Shown piece after piece: positions 1 through 10,548 of a DNA stretch of 64,000 nt; position 1 is the stretch's first letter; every line of letters starts with the position of its first letter. A program made the translations under genes and the position numbers. The notes under the pieces are model-generated. The model ran no database searches, was not told the DNA's origin, and was given only the letters and a program-made list of their open reading frames with translations. The stretch is from Candidatus Bathyarchaeota archaeon (lineage in GTDB: Archaea > Thermoproteota > Bathyarchaeia > TCS64). Where the stretch lies: assembly GCA_963769425.1 (NCBI GenBank), contig CAVYLP010000006.1:800001-864000 (forward strand), written 5' to 3'.

Positions 1-2
1 AC

Positions 3-1292
3 GCACCCACTCCGAAGCTCGAGTTCGGAATAGGAATACTACGGGGGAACCTGCTCTGGCTTGTTGTCTGCCAGTGCATCTGGCAGTTCACCACGAACAT
101 CCCGTCTCCTTACCTCCCCCTCTACATAGAGAGGCTGGGGGGCTCCCCCGTGGACATCGGCCTTGTCAAGTCCGCCTCCGCCCTAGCGGGGCTCTTCCTC
201 TACCCCCTCGGCGGGTACATCGCGGATAAGCAGGGGAGGGTCCGCCTCGTCAGCATCGCGACTATCGTCTACGCCTTCAGCTTCATCCCTTCGCCTACGC
301 CCCCAATTGGGAGACCCTCGCCTTCGCGAGCTTCTTCCAGAACCTCGTCCTCTTCTACGCCCCCATACTCACTGTGCTGCAGGCGGACTCGATGCCCGTA
401 GGGAAGAGGGGGCAGGGGTTCGCCGTCGCCCTCAGCATACCCAGTGCACTCGGCGTCATCTCCCCATTCATCGGCGGCTACCTCGTCGACCACATGGGGA
501 TACTCCCCGCCATGAACTCTCATCTACCTCGTCGGCTTCGGGGCAGGCATATTCGTCGCCATCCTACGCTGGTTCACACTCAAGGAGACCCTCGACCCAA
601 GCCATCAGGAGAAGATAGACTACCGCAACATCCCCAGGGTCATCAAGGACTCCTACGAGAGCTTCCTCGAGACGATGAGGTGGATGCCGCCCGAGATCCT
701 CGCCCTCGCCGTCATGCAGGTCATGCAGGTATTCTTCATAGGGATGGCCTCCTCCTTCTGGGTCGTCTACGCGACCACATACATAGGCATCTCAGCGACG
801 CTTTGGGGGCTCAACTCCGCGATCCAGGGCGGCGTCAACATGGTGCTCGCGATCCCGGCGGGGAGAATGATGGATAGGCTGGGTAGGAAGAAGCTGCTCG
901 TCGCCATGATGGCTGTGACGCCCATCTTCCCCATTGCGTTCCTCTTCATCAAGGACTACTACACGCTGGTCGCCCTCGTCGTCGCCGTCGCGGTGTGCAA
1001 CGCCTTCCTCATGCCCGGCTTCCAGTCCCTCCTCGCCGACTACACGCCCCGGAATCGCCGTGGCAGAGTGACCTCCGCGGTGGGGAGCGGCAACTTCTTC
1101 ATCGACATAAGGGGGACGATGTGGGGCGGCGGGATGCTGCTCTTCGTACCACTCGCCATCGGGCAGACCCTCGGCGGCGTCCTCTACGAGTACAACCCGA
1201 TGGTCCCCTTCATCCTCATGGCAATCGGGCTGATCCCAATAATCGTATGGGCTCACCTCAAGGTGAAGGACCCAAGGACCATTGAGCGATGA
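3..1292 (+). CDS. MFS transporter (5'-partial, split by apparent frameshifts near 290 and 520)
   Basis: Frame open from base 3; ORF pieces 150-401, 374-877 and 675-1292 join into a multi-TM protein with MFS motif A copies (GGYIADKQGR, GRMMDRLGRKK). Confidence 0.85.
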
Positions 1293-1338
1293 GGTACACC
1301 ACTTCTAGAAACGTGGGCGTGAAATGAAAAGAAGGAGG

Positions 1339-1915
1339 TCAGTAGTTCTCGGCGAGGCGCTCGTAGTAGCTCTGCGGGTGCTTGCACGCGGGGCACTCCT
1401 TCGGCGCCTCCTTACCCGCGTGGACGTAGCCGCAGTTCCGGCACTTCCACTCGATCACCTTGTCGCTCTTGAAGACTACGCCCGCTCTTCACGTCCTCGA
1501 GGAGCTTCCGGTACCTCTTCTCATGCCTCTCCTCGACCTCGGCGATCTCCTTGAAGCTCTCAGCGACCTTCTCGAGGCCCTCCTTGCGGGCCACCTTCTC
1601 GAAGGCGGGGTAGAGCGTCCCCCACTCGAGCTTCTCACCCTCCGCGGCGGCGAGGAGGTTCTCGGCGGTCGTCCCAATCCTCCCCGCGGGGTAGGTGGCG
1701 GTTATCTCGACGTCTCCCCCCTCTAGGTGCTTGAAGAAGATCTCGGCGTGCTCCCGCTCGTTGTCGGCGGTCTCCTGGAAGATGCCCGCAATCTGCTCGA
1801 AGCCCTCCTTCTTCGCCACGTTCGAGAAGTAGGTGTACCTGTTCCTCGCCTGACTCTCGCCCGCGAACGCCTTGAGCAGGTTCTTCTCCGTCTCCGATCC
1901 CTTGAGTTTCGCCAT
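1339..1915 (-). CDS. rbr: Rubrerythrin (frameshift near 1480)
   Basis: KAFAGESQARNRY, ENExEHA-type and EERHE di-iron motifs; C-terminal rubredoxin knuckles CRNC and CPAC in the shifted frame ending at TGA 1339. Confidence 0.93.
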
Positions 1916-1967
1916 GGATTTCACCTTTAACTAGAATCTCATACGGGCGAATTATAAAGGGTCGCGG

Positions 1968-2993
1968 CTAGAGGAGCTCGACGGCGATGGCCTTGAAGCT
2001 TATGTAGACATCTGAGCCGACGTTTAGCCCCATCTCGGTGAGGGTGCGGCGTGTTATGTGGGCGGTGAAGACCCTCCCCGCGTCTATCCTGAGCCTGATG
2101 ACGGAGCCGCTCTCCTCGACGCCTACGATGCGTCCCCTGTAGTTGTTGCGGGCGCTCGTCTCGACGGGCGTCTTGGAGACTATGATGTCCTCGGGTCTGA
2201 CCCTGACCGCGACGCGCCCAATCGTGGCACTCGGCGCATGCAATCGTGACACCTCCCCGACGTCGACGTCGGACTCCCCGTTGGCGTTCCTGCCGATCCC
2301 CGAGAAGACGTTGCTGCCGAAACGGTTCGAGGCGAGGACCTCGACGCCGCCCTCCGCGACTATCCTACCCGCCTCGAGCTGGATGACGCGCCCAGCGAGC
2401 CTCCCAACCCGAGCCAGGTCGTGGCTCGCGACGACGACGCTCCTCGCCCCCGCCTCCCCGGCTATGATGTCGGAGACTATGGAGGCGTTCTCCGAGTCGA
2501 GGTTGGCGGTGGGCTCGTCGAGGATGAGCACCTTTGGGTCGAGTACGAGGGCGCGCGCGAGTGAGACCCTCTGCTGCTCCCCGCCGGATATCTTGCGGGC
2601 GTCCCTCGCCTCGAATCCGGGGAGGCGAACCTTGGCTAGGGTCTCCAAGACGCGTTTGGAAATCTCGGCTTCGGGTGTTCCCCTAAGTCGCAGGCCGTAG
2701 GCGACGTTATCGAAGACGCTCCCCCGAATGAAGAGGGGGTGCTGGAAGATCATGGTCGCCTCCTTCCTGAGCTCCGCGGCGGCCTGCTTATCCACGACCC
2801 TCCCCCTCCATTGGAAAGTCCCCGCCGTCGGCACGTCGAGCCCCGCCAGGAGCCTGAGCAGGGTGGTCTTTCCAGCGCCGCTCTCCCCGACGACTCCGAG
2901 TGCTTCCCCCTCACCCATGGATAGGTCGATGGAATCGAGGGCATGCCTAGTCCCGAAGCTCCGGTAGACCCCCTCAAGCCTGTAGAGCTCCAG
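1968..2993 (-). CDS. tupC: Tungstate/molybdate ABC transporter ATPase with C-terminal TOBE domain
   Basis: Walker A GESGAGKT, ISGGEQQR signature, LILDEPT, TSARN-TOBE tail; frame is open upstream of ATG 2918 to a CTG at 2993. Confidence 0.85.
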   Translation of the reverse strand: MELYRLEGVYRSFGTRHALDSIDLSMGEGEALGVVGESGAGKTTLLRLLAGLDVPTAGTFQWRGRVVDKQAAAELRKEATMIFQHPLFIRGSVFDNVAYGLRLRGTPEAEISKRVLETLAKVRLPGFEARDARKISGGEQQRVSLARALVLDPKVLILDEPTANLDSENASIVSDIIAGEAGARSVVVASHDLARVGRLAGRVIQLEAGRIVAEGGVEVLASNRFGSNVFSGIGRNANGESDVDVGEVSRLHAPSATIGRVAVRVRPEDIIVSKTPVETSARNNYRGRIVGVEESGSVIRLRIDAGRVFTAHITRRTLTEMGLNVGSDVYISFKAIAVELL

Positions 2994-3690
2994 CTACCGC
3001 TCCCTCCCGAGGTAGGCGATGAGGAAGTTCAGGGATGAGGACGACTATGAGGAGGATGAAGCTGAGGGCGAAGGCTAGGCCGAGTTCACCCATGTTCGTC
3101 TGCAGGGCGATGGCGCTGGTTAGGACCCTCGTGAGCCCCTCTATGTTCCCCCCGATCATCATGGCGATGCCGAGTTCGGCGAAGGCCCTGTTGAAGCTGG
3201 AGACGAGGGCGAGGGAGACCCCGCTCCATGCCTCCCTGAGGACGGCTAGGCTGCTCTCGTACTCGGAGGCGCCGAGGGTCCGGGCGAGGTCCCGCACGCC
3301 GACATCCCTCGCCTCGACGGCGCTCGCCACGAAGCTGATGACTAAAGGTGTAACGAGGACCGCCTCACCAACGGCTATCCCCGGCACCGTGTAGAGTAGC
3401 TGCAGATACCCCAATGGCCCGCTCCTCGAGAAGAGGATGTAGAGGAAGAGACCGAGGGTCACCGTGGGGACGCCGACGAGGGCGCTGAAGAGGGTCTTGA
3501 GGAAGCCCCTCCCCCTGAATGAGCCGAGGCCGATAGCGACCCCTATCGGCATGCCAACTAGGGCCGCCATCCCCGTCGCCGCAGCGGCGGTCTCGAGGCT
3601 CCTCAGGGCGATCTGCATGACTTCCCTGTCCCCCGTGAGGATAAGGCGCACACCCTGTGTAAGGCCGTCGATGATTGGCTGCCAGCTCAA
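2994..3690 (-). CDS. tupB: Tungstate ABC transporter permease (frameshift near the 3' end)
   Basis: Hydrophobic; EAA-loop-like DLARTLGAS, AMMIGGNIEGLTRVLTSAI typical of TupB. Confidence 0.87.
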
Positions 3691-3727
3691 AAATGGGCCC
3701 CTTCAAGAAATGGTGGACTCAGTCCCT

Positions 3728-4747
3728 TTATTTGTATAGGTCGTCCGCCTGGACGCGGTACTTGGTCGGGCACTCGGTGCCGTTGATGTAGGCGTAGTTC
3801 TGGACCCACTGGATCGTCGTTGTGTCGGTGCCGCTGTCTTCAGGGGTATCCAGGGCTTGAAGACGGTCTGGCCCGCGACGCCGAAGCTGCCGAAGAGGTT
3901 CTGCCCGTCGGTGGAGACTAGGTACCTCTCGAAGGTCATCGCTGCGTCGAATGTACCCCTGTAGTTCTTCGAGCTGGGGTTGCATGACTATGACGGAGTA
4001 GACGTTGAGCATGTCCTTACCCGGCCCGACGTACTGGACGAGGTGGATGTTGCCGTTCGCCTGGTTGTTGAGGAAGCTGGCGATGTCGGTTAGGGTGTAG
4101 GCGTTCTTCTGGTCGGCGAGCTGGAGGGTCGCCGTCATGCCCGCGCCGGCGGATAGGTACCAGGGGTTACCGCTGGGGTCCTTCTCCGCGGCGAGCTTCG
4201 TGGTGTCGAAGCCCGGCCAGCTTGAAGAGGGCGATCTCCTTCGTGTTTGTGCCCGACTTGTCTCCCCTGCTCACCCAGAGTGCGCCGTCCCGCCTCCCCG
4301 GCGCGACGATCTTCTTCAGGGCGTCGACGATGGAGAGCCCCTTGATGCCCGCTGGGTCGCTCGCTGGCCCGACGAGGAGGAAGTAGTTGTAGGCGACGAT
4401 CTTCCTGTTGACGCCGGTGCCGTTGGTGAGGAATATCTTCTCGCTGGAGGGCGCGTGGACGAGGACGAGGTCAGCGTCTCCGCGGGCGGCCGTCGCCAGC
4501 GCCAGCCCCGTCCCCTGGCTGATGAAGCTCACGTTGTACTGCGGGTACTGTCGTCTCGAAGCTCTTCTTGAGGATCGGAGAGGAACCCAGTCTCGTAGAG
4601 GCTCGTAGTCGTCGAGACTATTAGCTGGGTCTTGCCCGCGACGGGGCGGTTGAAGTACCAGACCGCGCCGACGAGCGCGACAACGACTACAACGGCGAGG
4701 ATTACCGCCGTCTTCTGATTGATTGCCATGCCCTTCTTCTCTGTCAT
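3728..4747 (-). CDS. tupA: Tungstate ABC transporter substrate-binding protein (several frameshifts)
   Basis: N-terminal membrane anchor, STTTSLYETG, GTGLALATAARGDADLVLVHAP, SRGDKSGT, AYTLTD motifs spread over ORFs 4529-4747, 4167-4757, 3728-4138 and 3703-3939. Confidence 0.87.
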
Positions 4748-4862
4748 CTCGAATCACTATTCGAAGTGTCTAGTCATGCAAGTCGGATAAGCTTTGCCGT
4801 CATGCACGCGCATGCATAACCATTTTAGGGCGCGGGGAACCCGTATTGAGGCGAGTATCGGG

Positions 4863-5779
4863 TTGGAGTCCCTCGTCGACCCCTTCGGGAGGCGCGTATC
4901 GAGCCTCCGCGTCAGCGTCACGCAGAGGTGTGACCTCGCCTGCTTCTTCTGCCACCGCGAGGGGGAGCACGACCCGGGGAAGGAGATGACCCCAGCCGAG
5001 ATCGGGCGAATAGTCGAGGTCGCCTCGGGGCTCGGCGTCACGAAGATCAAGGTCACCGGCGGGGAGCCACTGATGAGGGAGGACATAGTCGAGGTCATCC
5101 GCCTCATCTCCCCGCACGTCAGGGAGGTCTCTATGACGACGAACGCCCTCCAGCTCCCCGGGAAGGCCATCGCCCTCAGGGAGGCGGGTCTAAAGAGGGT
5201 CAACATAAGCCTCCACAGCCTCAAGCGGGAGACGGTGAAGAGGATCGCGGGCGTCGACTGCCTCGACGGGGTCAAGGCGGGGATAAGGGCCGCGGACGAG
5301 GCGGGGCTCAAGCCCATCAAACTCAACTTCGTCGTGATGAAGGGACTCAACTCCGGACGAGATACCCGATATGCTCCGCCTCTCCGCGGAGACGGGGGCA
5401 ATCCTCCAACTCATCGAGTACCAGAGCCTCGAGCGGGGCGTGGAGCGGTGGGGGGACCTCTACTATCGACTTGACGCCGCTCGAGCGTGTGTGGGACCGG
5501 GAGGCGGTGAGCGTCGAGGAGCAGGTGATGCACAGGAGGAAGAGGTACACGCTCGCCGACGGGGCGACGGTGGAGATCGTGCGCCCCATCCACAACACGG
5601 TCTTCTGCGCCAACTGCAACAGGCTACGCCTCACGAGCGACGGTCGCCTCAAGCCCTGCCTCATGCGGGGGGACAACCTCGTCCCCGTGGTGCAACTCTT
5701 AAGGAGCGGGGCGACGAAGGAGGAACTGGTGGACGCCTTCAGGACTGGCGACGAGCCTGAGGGCCCCGTACTGGAGTGA
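4863..5779 (+). CDS. moaA: GTP 3',8-cyclase MoaA (frameshifts near 5350, 5470 and 5750)
   Basis: LRVSVTQRCDLACFFC radical-SAM motif, TGGEPL, C-terminal FCANCNRLRLTSDGRLKPCL. Confidence 0.93.
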
Positions 5780-5785
5780 GGATAA

Positions 5786-6031
5786 GTGAGTCTGAGGGTA
5801 CGCTACTTCGCGAGTATACGCGAGTTCACGGGGTTGAAGGAGGAGCAGTTGGAGGTCCCCGAGGGCTCAACGGCTGAGGCGCTGAAGCGCAGGGTTCAGG
5901 GGCTCCACGCCTCCCTCAAGGGGCAGGAGGAGAACATCCTAGTTGCCGTCAACGGCTCCTTCGTCGAGCCGAATCGGGTCCTAAAGGTGGGGGACGAGGT
6001 CGCCCTCTTCCCACCCGTGAGTGGGGGCTGA
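5786..6031 (+). CDS. moaD: Molybdopterin synthase sulfur carrier (MoaD/SAMP)
   Basis: Ubiquitin-like, VRYFASIRE start, ends DEVALFPPVSGG. Confidence 0.93.
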   Translation: MSLRVRYFASIREFTGLKEEQLEVPEGSTAEALKRRVQGLHASLKGQEENILVAVNGSFVEPNRVLKVGDEVALFPPVSGG

Positions 6032-6458
6032 GACCTTGATCAGGGTCACCCGCGACGACTTCAGCGTCGACGAGGAGCTGATGAGGATCAAGAAGCCCTC
6101 CGTGGGGGGATTGGTTGTCTTCGTTGGCACCGTCCGCGACAAGTCGGAGGCGGGTCACGTGGAGCGCATGGAGATCGAGGTCTACCCCGAGATGGCGGAG
6201 AGGCAGCTCACCCTCATCAGGGGCGAGGCGCTAGCGAAGTTTGGCGTCGACAACGTCCTCGTCGTCCACAGGTACGGCGACCTAAAGGTCGGGGACAACA
6301 TTGTCCTCGTCGTCGTCTCCGCGGAGCATCGAGAGGCGGCCTTCGACGCCTGTAGGTACGTTATCGACGAGCTGAAGAAGAGGGTGCCCATCTGGAAGAG
6401 GGAGCACACCCCCTCGGGGGCGCGCTGGGTGGAGGCTGGTAGACCTGACGAAGATTGA
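6021..6458 (+). CDS. moaE: Molybdopterin synthase catalytic subunit
   Basis: FVGTVR, VHRYGDL, HREAAF, IDELKKRVPIWKRE. Confidence 0.93.
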   Translation: MGAETLIRVTRDDFSVDEELMRIKKPSVGGLVVFVGTVRDKSEAGHVERMEIEVYPEMAERQLTLIRGEALAKFGVDNVLVVHRYGDLKVGDNIVLVVVSAEHREAAFDACRYVIDELKKRVPIWKREHTPSGARWVEAGRPDED

Positions 6459-6897
6459 CCCGTTTGGCATGGTCGACATCGCCGACAAGGAGTCGGTGCT
6501 CCGCACCGCGGAGGCGGCCGGCAGAATTACGCTCAAGAAGGAGACGATCGAGGCGATTAGGGCGGGAAAAGTGAAGAAGGGCGACCCCCTCGCCGTCGCC
6601 GAGATAGCCTGCATACAGGCCGTGAAGAGGACGCCCGACCTCATCCCGATGTGCCACCAGATACCTATCTCATCCGTGGACGCCTCCTTCATCTTCGGAG
6701 CCGACTACGTCGAGGCGAAGTGCCGCGTCTCCGCTACATACAAGACGGGGGTCGAGATGGAGGCACTAACAGGGGTCTCCATCGCCCTGCTCAACATCTG
6801 GGACATGGTCAAGTACATGGAGAAGGACGAGGCGGGCCAGTACCCGACGACGAGGATCGCGGACATCAAGGTCATCGAGAAGAGGAAGGGAAGGTAA
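6445..6897 (+). CDS. moaC: Cyclic pyranopterin monophosphate synthase
   Basis: MVDIADK, KKGDPL, LIPMCH, TGVEMEAL; start is ATG 6469 or an in-frame CTG at 6445 behind GGAGG. Confidence 0.93.
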   Translation: MTKIDPFGMVDIADKESVLRTAEAAGRITLKKETIEAIRAGKVKKGDPLAVAEIACIQAVKRTPDLIPMCHQIPISSVDASFIFGADYVEAKCRVSATYKTGVEMEALTGVSIALLNIWDMVKYMEKDEAGQYPTTRIADIKVIEKRKGR

Positions 6898-7394
6898 TGA
6901 GCGAGCACCCAACGAGCAAGAAGGCGCCGACGACCTTCGGACTCATAATAACCAGCGACACCCGCACGGAGCGGGAGGACGAGACGGGTAGGATAGCGGT
7001 CGGCCTCATCGAGGGAGACGGCCACAGGGTGGCGAACCACACACTCGTCCCAAACAATGAGGAGAGGATCAAGACCGAGGTCGAGAGGCTTCTAAGCGAT
7101 GACTCCGTCGCGGTTATAGTGACGAGCGGGGGAACCGGCATCGGGTCGAAGGATAGGACCGTCGCCGCCGTCGCGCCGCTTCTCGAGAAGGAGATGCCCG
7201 GATTCGGGGAACTCTTCCGTAGGATCAGCTACGACGAGGTGGGGGGCGCAGCCATCATGAGTCGAGCCACCGCAGGCGTAGCGAGGGGGAAGCTCGTCTT
7301 CTGTCTCCCCGGCTCCCGAAACGCGATGAAGGTTGCCCTCACCAGGATCATTCTCCCCAACGTGGGGCACATGCAGTGGGAGCTGAGTAGATGA
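6897..7394 (+). CDS. moaB: Molybdopterin adenylyltransferase MoaB/Mog family
   Basis: ATG overlaps moaC stop (TAATG); IITSD, TSGGTG, PGFGELFR, SRATAG, LPGS. Confidence 0.92.
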   Translation: MSEHPTSKKAPTTFGLIITSDTRTEREDETGRIAVGLIEGDGHRVANHTLVPNNEERIKTEVERLLSDDSVAVIVTSGGTGIGSKDRTVAAVAPLLEKEMPGFGELFRRISYDEVGGAAIMSRATAGVARGKLVFCLPGSRNAMKVALTRIILPNVGHMQWELSR

Positions 7395-8596
7395 AGCCCT
7401 TCGGAAAGCTTATGACGCGCCTCGAGGCGGTGCGCATCATAAACGAGAACGTAAAGCGGATCAAGCGTGTCGAGGATGTGCCAATCGAGGAGGCAGCGGG
7501 GAGGGTCCTCGCCGAGGGTGTGGTCGCCGGCTTCAACGTGCCGCCATTCAACAGGAGCTCGATGGACGGCTATGCTGTGAAGGCGAGGGACACCACGGAG
7601 GCGTCGTCGAAGCCTGTTACGCTGAAACTCATAGGCGCCCGCCACGCCGGGGAGGTATTCGACGGCGTGATCGGGGACGGCGAATGCATAGAGATCGCCA
7701 CCGGTGCCCCCGTGCCGAAGGGTGCGGACGCCGTCGTCATGGTCGAGTACACAAGGCTCGCAGGCGACGGGGTCGAGATAAAGAGGGAAGCGAGGGTCGG
7801 AGACAACATCGCCCCCGAGGGGGAGGACATCAAGAAGGGGGAGGCCGTCGTCAAAGCGGGCGAGTTCCTCACCCCGGGCAGGCTGGGCGCCGTCGCCGCT
7901 CTCGGCTTCTCAAGAGTCAAGGCTTACGCGAGGCCACGCGTCGCCATCTACTCAACCGGCAACGAGGTCGTCCCACAGGGGAAGACGCTGAAGCCGGGGC
8001 AGGTCTACGACATAAACAGCTACACACTTTCAGCGGTGGTCGCGGCGAACGGCTGCGTCCCAGTCAGGAGGGGGCTCGTGAGAGACGACCCCGAGGCTAT
8101 CACAGACGCTGTAAGAGATGCAGCCAAACACGATGTCGCCGTCTTCAGCGGGGGCAGCAGCGTCGGCGTCAAGGACCTATTCGCGAGCGTCATCGAGGAC
8201 CTAGGAAGGGTCCACTTCCACGGGCTCAGGGTGAAGCCGGGGAAACCTACGCTCTTCGGCGAGGTCGGGGGAACGCCTGTCTTCGGTATGCCCGGGTATT
8301 CGACGAGCTGCCTAAACAACGCCTACGTCTTCCTCGTGCCCGCGTTGAGGAGGATGGCAGGGCTACCTCCCGCTGAGGTTAGGAATGTGGTGGCGAAGCT
8401 GAGCCGACCAATCAAGGCGGAGGGGGAGAGGGAGCAGTTCTATTCCGTCCACGTTGAGGGGGGCGAGGCTGTGCCCGTTTTCAAGCAGAGCGGCGACATA
8501 ACCAGCATGGCATACGCCAACGGCTACATAATAATCTCGATAGGAACAAAACTTCTCGACAAAGGCGCAGAAGTAATCGTCTACTTCTTCGACTGA
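7391..8596 (+). CDS. moeA: Molybdopterin molybdo/tungstotransferase MoeA
   Basis: SSMDGYA, IATGAPVPKGADAVVMVE, STGNE, SGGSSVG, KPGKP. Confidence 0.95.
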   Translation: MKPFGKLMTRLEAVRIINENVKRIKRVEDVPIEEAAGRVLAEGVVAGFNVPPFNRSSMDGYAVKARDTTEASSKPVTLKLIGARHAGEVFDGVIGDGECIEIATGAPVPKGADAVVMVEYTRLAGDGVEIKREARVGDNIAPEGEDIKKGEAVVKAGEFLTPGRLGAVAALGFSRVKAYARPRVAIYSTGNEVVPQGKTLKPGQVYDINSYTLSAVVAANGCVPVRRGLVRDDPEAITDAVRDAAKHDVAVFSGGSSVGVKDLFASVIEDLGRVHFHGLRVKPGKPTLFGEVGGTPVFGMPGYSTSCLNNAYVFLVPALRRMAGLPPAEVRNVVAKLSRPIKAEGEREQFYSVHVEGGEAVPVFKQSGDITSMAYANGYIIISIGTKLLDKGAEVIVYFFD

Positions 8597-9138
8597 ACCC
8601 TATTCTTCCACTCCACCGCGAGGAGCCCGAAGAATAGCTCGTCGTGGAAATCATCCTTGTAGATATGCCTCTGCCTGAGACACCCCTCCAGGGTGAAGCC
8701 CGTCCTCTCCAGGATCCTGTTCGACGCCGCGTTCTCCGAGTCGGTCGTCGCCTCGACTCGGTTAAGGTCCAGCTTCTCGAAGCCGTAGCGGAGTATTTCC
8801 TCCACGGCCTCCGTCATAAGCCCCATGCCCCATTGCTCTTTGAGCATGTCGTACCCCATCTCGGCGCGGCGACTCTCCTTCGTATAGTAGTAGAGGCCGA
8901 TGGTGCCTATGGGTTCTCCCGTATCCTTAAGCTCGATGACGACCCTGAAGTGGTTCGGGAAGCCGGGTTTGAGATACGTCTCGTACATCTGCTCCGCCTC
9001 GGCGAGCGTCTTAATGTCGTCGTAGCCGCTGTAGAGGTTGGTCTCGCTCCTGGCGAATAGCTTGAGGATGAATGGTATGTCATCGGGTGTGACTGGGCGC
9101 AGTGTTAGGCGCGGCGTGCTGAGGGTCGGTGTATCCAT
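8581..9138 (-). CDS. GNAT acetyltransferase, RimJ/RimL family
   Basis: LSTPRLTLRP, AEMGY, WGMGLMTEA, ENAASNRILERTGF. Confidence 0.9.
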   Translation of the reverse strand: MDTPTLSTPRLTLRPVTPDDIPFILKLFARSETNLYSGYDDIKTLAEAEQMYETYLKPGFPNHFRVVIELKDTGEPIGTIGLYYYTKESRRAEMGYDMLKEQWGMGLMTEAVEEILRYGFEKLDLNRVEATTDSENAASNRILERTGFTLEGCLRQRHIYKDDFHDELFFGLLAVEWKNRVQSKK

Positions 9139-9215
9139 CCCGGGAAATGTAGTGGTTCGGGAAGAAAAGGGCTGCGAGGCGCTGGTCTTAAAGCCATCAT
9201 CACGGACATCCACCC

Positions 9216-10511
9216 ATGAGCAAGAAGGCGTTCAAGTACGAGCTCGGTGAGGACTTCGCCCTGCGCATGGACGCGGAGGACCCCCTCGCCGTCTTCAGGA
9301 ACCGCTTCTACCACATCCCCAATAGCATCTACATGGATGGTAACAGCCTCGGCCTCATGAGCCGGGACGCGGAGAAGACTCTTCTGAGGGTGGCCAACGA
9401 GTGGAAGACCCTCGGCATCTCCGGCTGGGGGAGGGGGAGGATACCCTGGATCGACTACGGTGAGGCGCTAGGCAACATGGAGGCACCCCTCGTCGGAGCG
9501 GAGCCAGGGGAGGTTATCGTCACCAACAGCACCACCGTCAACCTCCACAACCTCGTCGCCACCTTCTACGAGCCCAAGGGTAAGCGCCGCAAGATACTAG
9601 CTGACGAGCTAAACTTCCCGAGCGACCTCTACGCCCTATACGCCGACATAATCCTCGCAGGAGGGGACCCCGAGGAGGACCTCGTACTCGTCAAGAGCAG
9701 GAACGGCCTCATCGAGGAGGACGATATAATCGAGCAGATGACCGGCGAGGTGGCCCTCGCGCTCCTTCCGAGCGTCTACTACAAGTCGGGGCAGCTCACC
9801 GACATGGTGCGCCTCACCAAGGCGGCGCACCGCAAGAAGATCTGGATAGGCTTCGACTGCAGCCACAGCGTCGGCGTCGTCCCCCACTTCTTCGACAGGT
9901 GGGACGTCGACTTCGCCTTCTGGTGCAACTACAAGTACATGAACGCGGGCCCCGGCGGCACAGCGAGCCTCTACGTGAATAAGAGGCTCTTCGGCGTCCG
10001 CCCCGGCCTCGTTGGGTGGTGGGGGAACAGCCGCTCCACCATGTTCAACATGGAGACGAAGTACGACCCGGCGAAGAACGCGGCGGCTTGGCAGATCGGC
10101 ACTATAAACATGTTCAGCGCCGCGCCGCTGGAGGGCTCCCTCCGAATTATGGGAGAGGCGGGGATAGAGCGGATCAGGGAGAAGAGCCTCAAGATCACGG
10201 GTTACCTCATGTACCTCATCGACGAGATGCTGGGGAAGGCGCCCTACAACTACTCGATCGCGACTCCCCGCGAGCCGGAGCGCCGCGGCGGCCACGTCGG
10301 CGTCGCCCACAAGGAGGGCTGGAGGATCAACCAGGCGCTAATAGCGCGGGGCGTGATCCCCGACTTCCGCCCGCCGAACATCATGCGCCTCGCACCAATC
10401 CCACTCTACGTCAGCTACCACGACGTCTGGAAGGTCGCACAGCACCTAAAGGCCGTCATCGACAACAAGGAATACCTGAAGTTCAAGGACGAGCGATCCA
10501 CCGTCACATAG
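9216..10511 (+). CDS. kynU: Kynureninase (PLP-dependent)
   Basis: YMDGNSLGL, NFPSDLY, FDCSHSVG, WCNYKYMNAGPG, DFRPPNIMRLAP. Confidence 0.92.
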   Translation: MSKKAFKYELGEDFALRMDAEDPLAVFRNRFYHIPNSIYMDGNSLGLMSRDAEKTLLRVANEWKTLGISGWGRGRIPWIDYGEALGNMEAPLVGAEPGEVIVTNSTTVNLHNLVATFYEPKGKRRKILADELNFPSDLYALYADIILAGGDPEEDLVLVKSRNGLIEEDDIIEQMTGEVALALLPSVYYKSGQLTDMVRLTKAAHRKKIWIGFDCSHSVGVVPHFFDRWDVDFAFWCNYKYMNAGPGGTASLYVNKRLFGVRPGLVGWWGNSRSTMFNMETKYDPAKNAAAWQIGTINMFSAAPLEGSLRIMGEAGIERIREKSLKITGYLMYLIDEMLGKAPYNYSIATPREPERRGGHVGVAHKEGWRINQALIARGVIPDFRPPNIMRLAPIPLYVSYHDVWKVAQHLKAVIDNKEYLKFKDERSTVT

Positions 10512-10548
10512 CCCAACATATTTTACCACACCGGGCGTATCCATCCCC

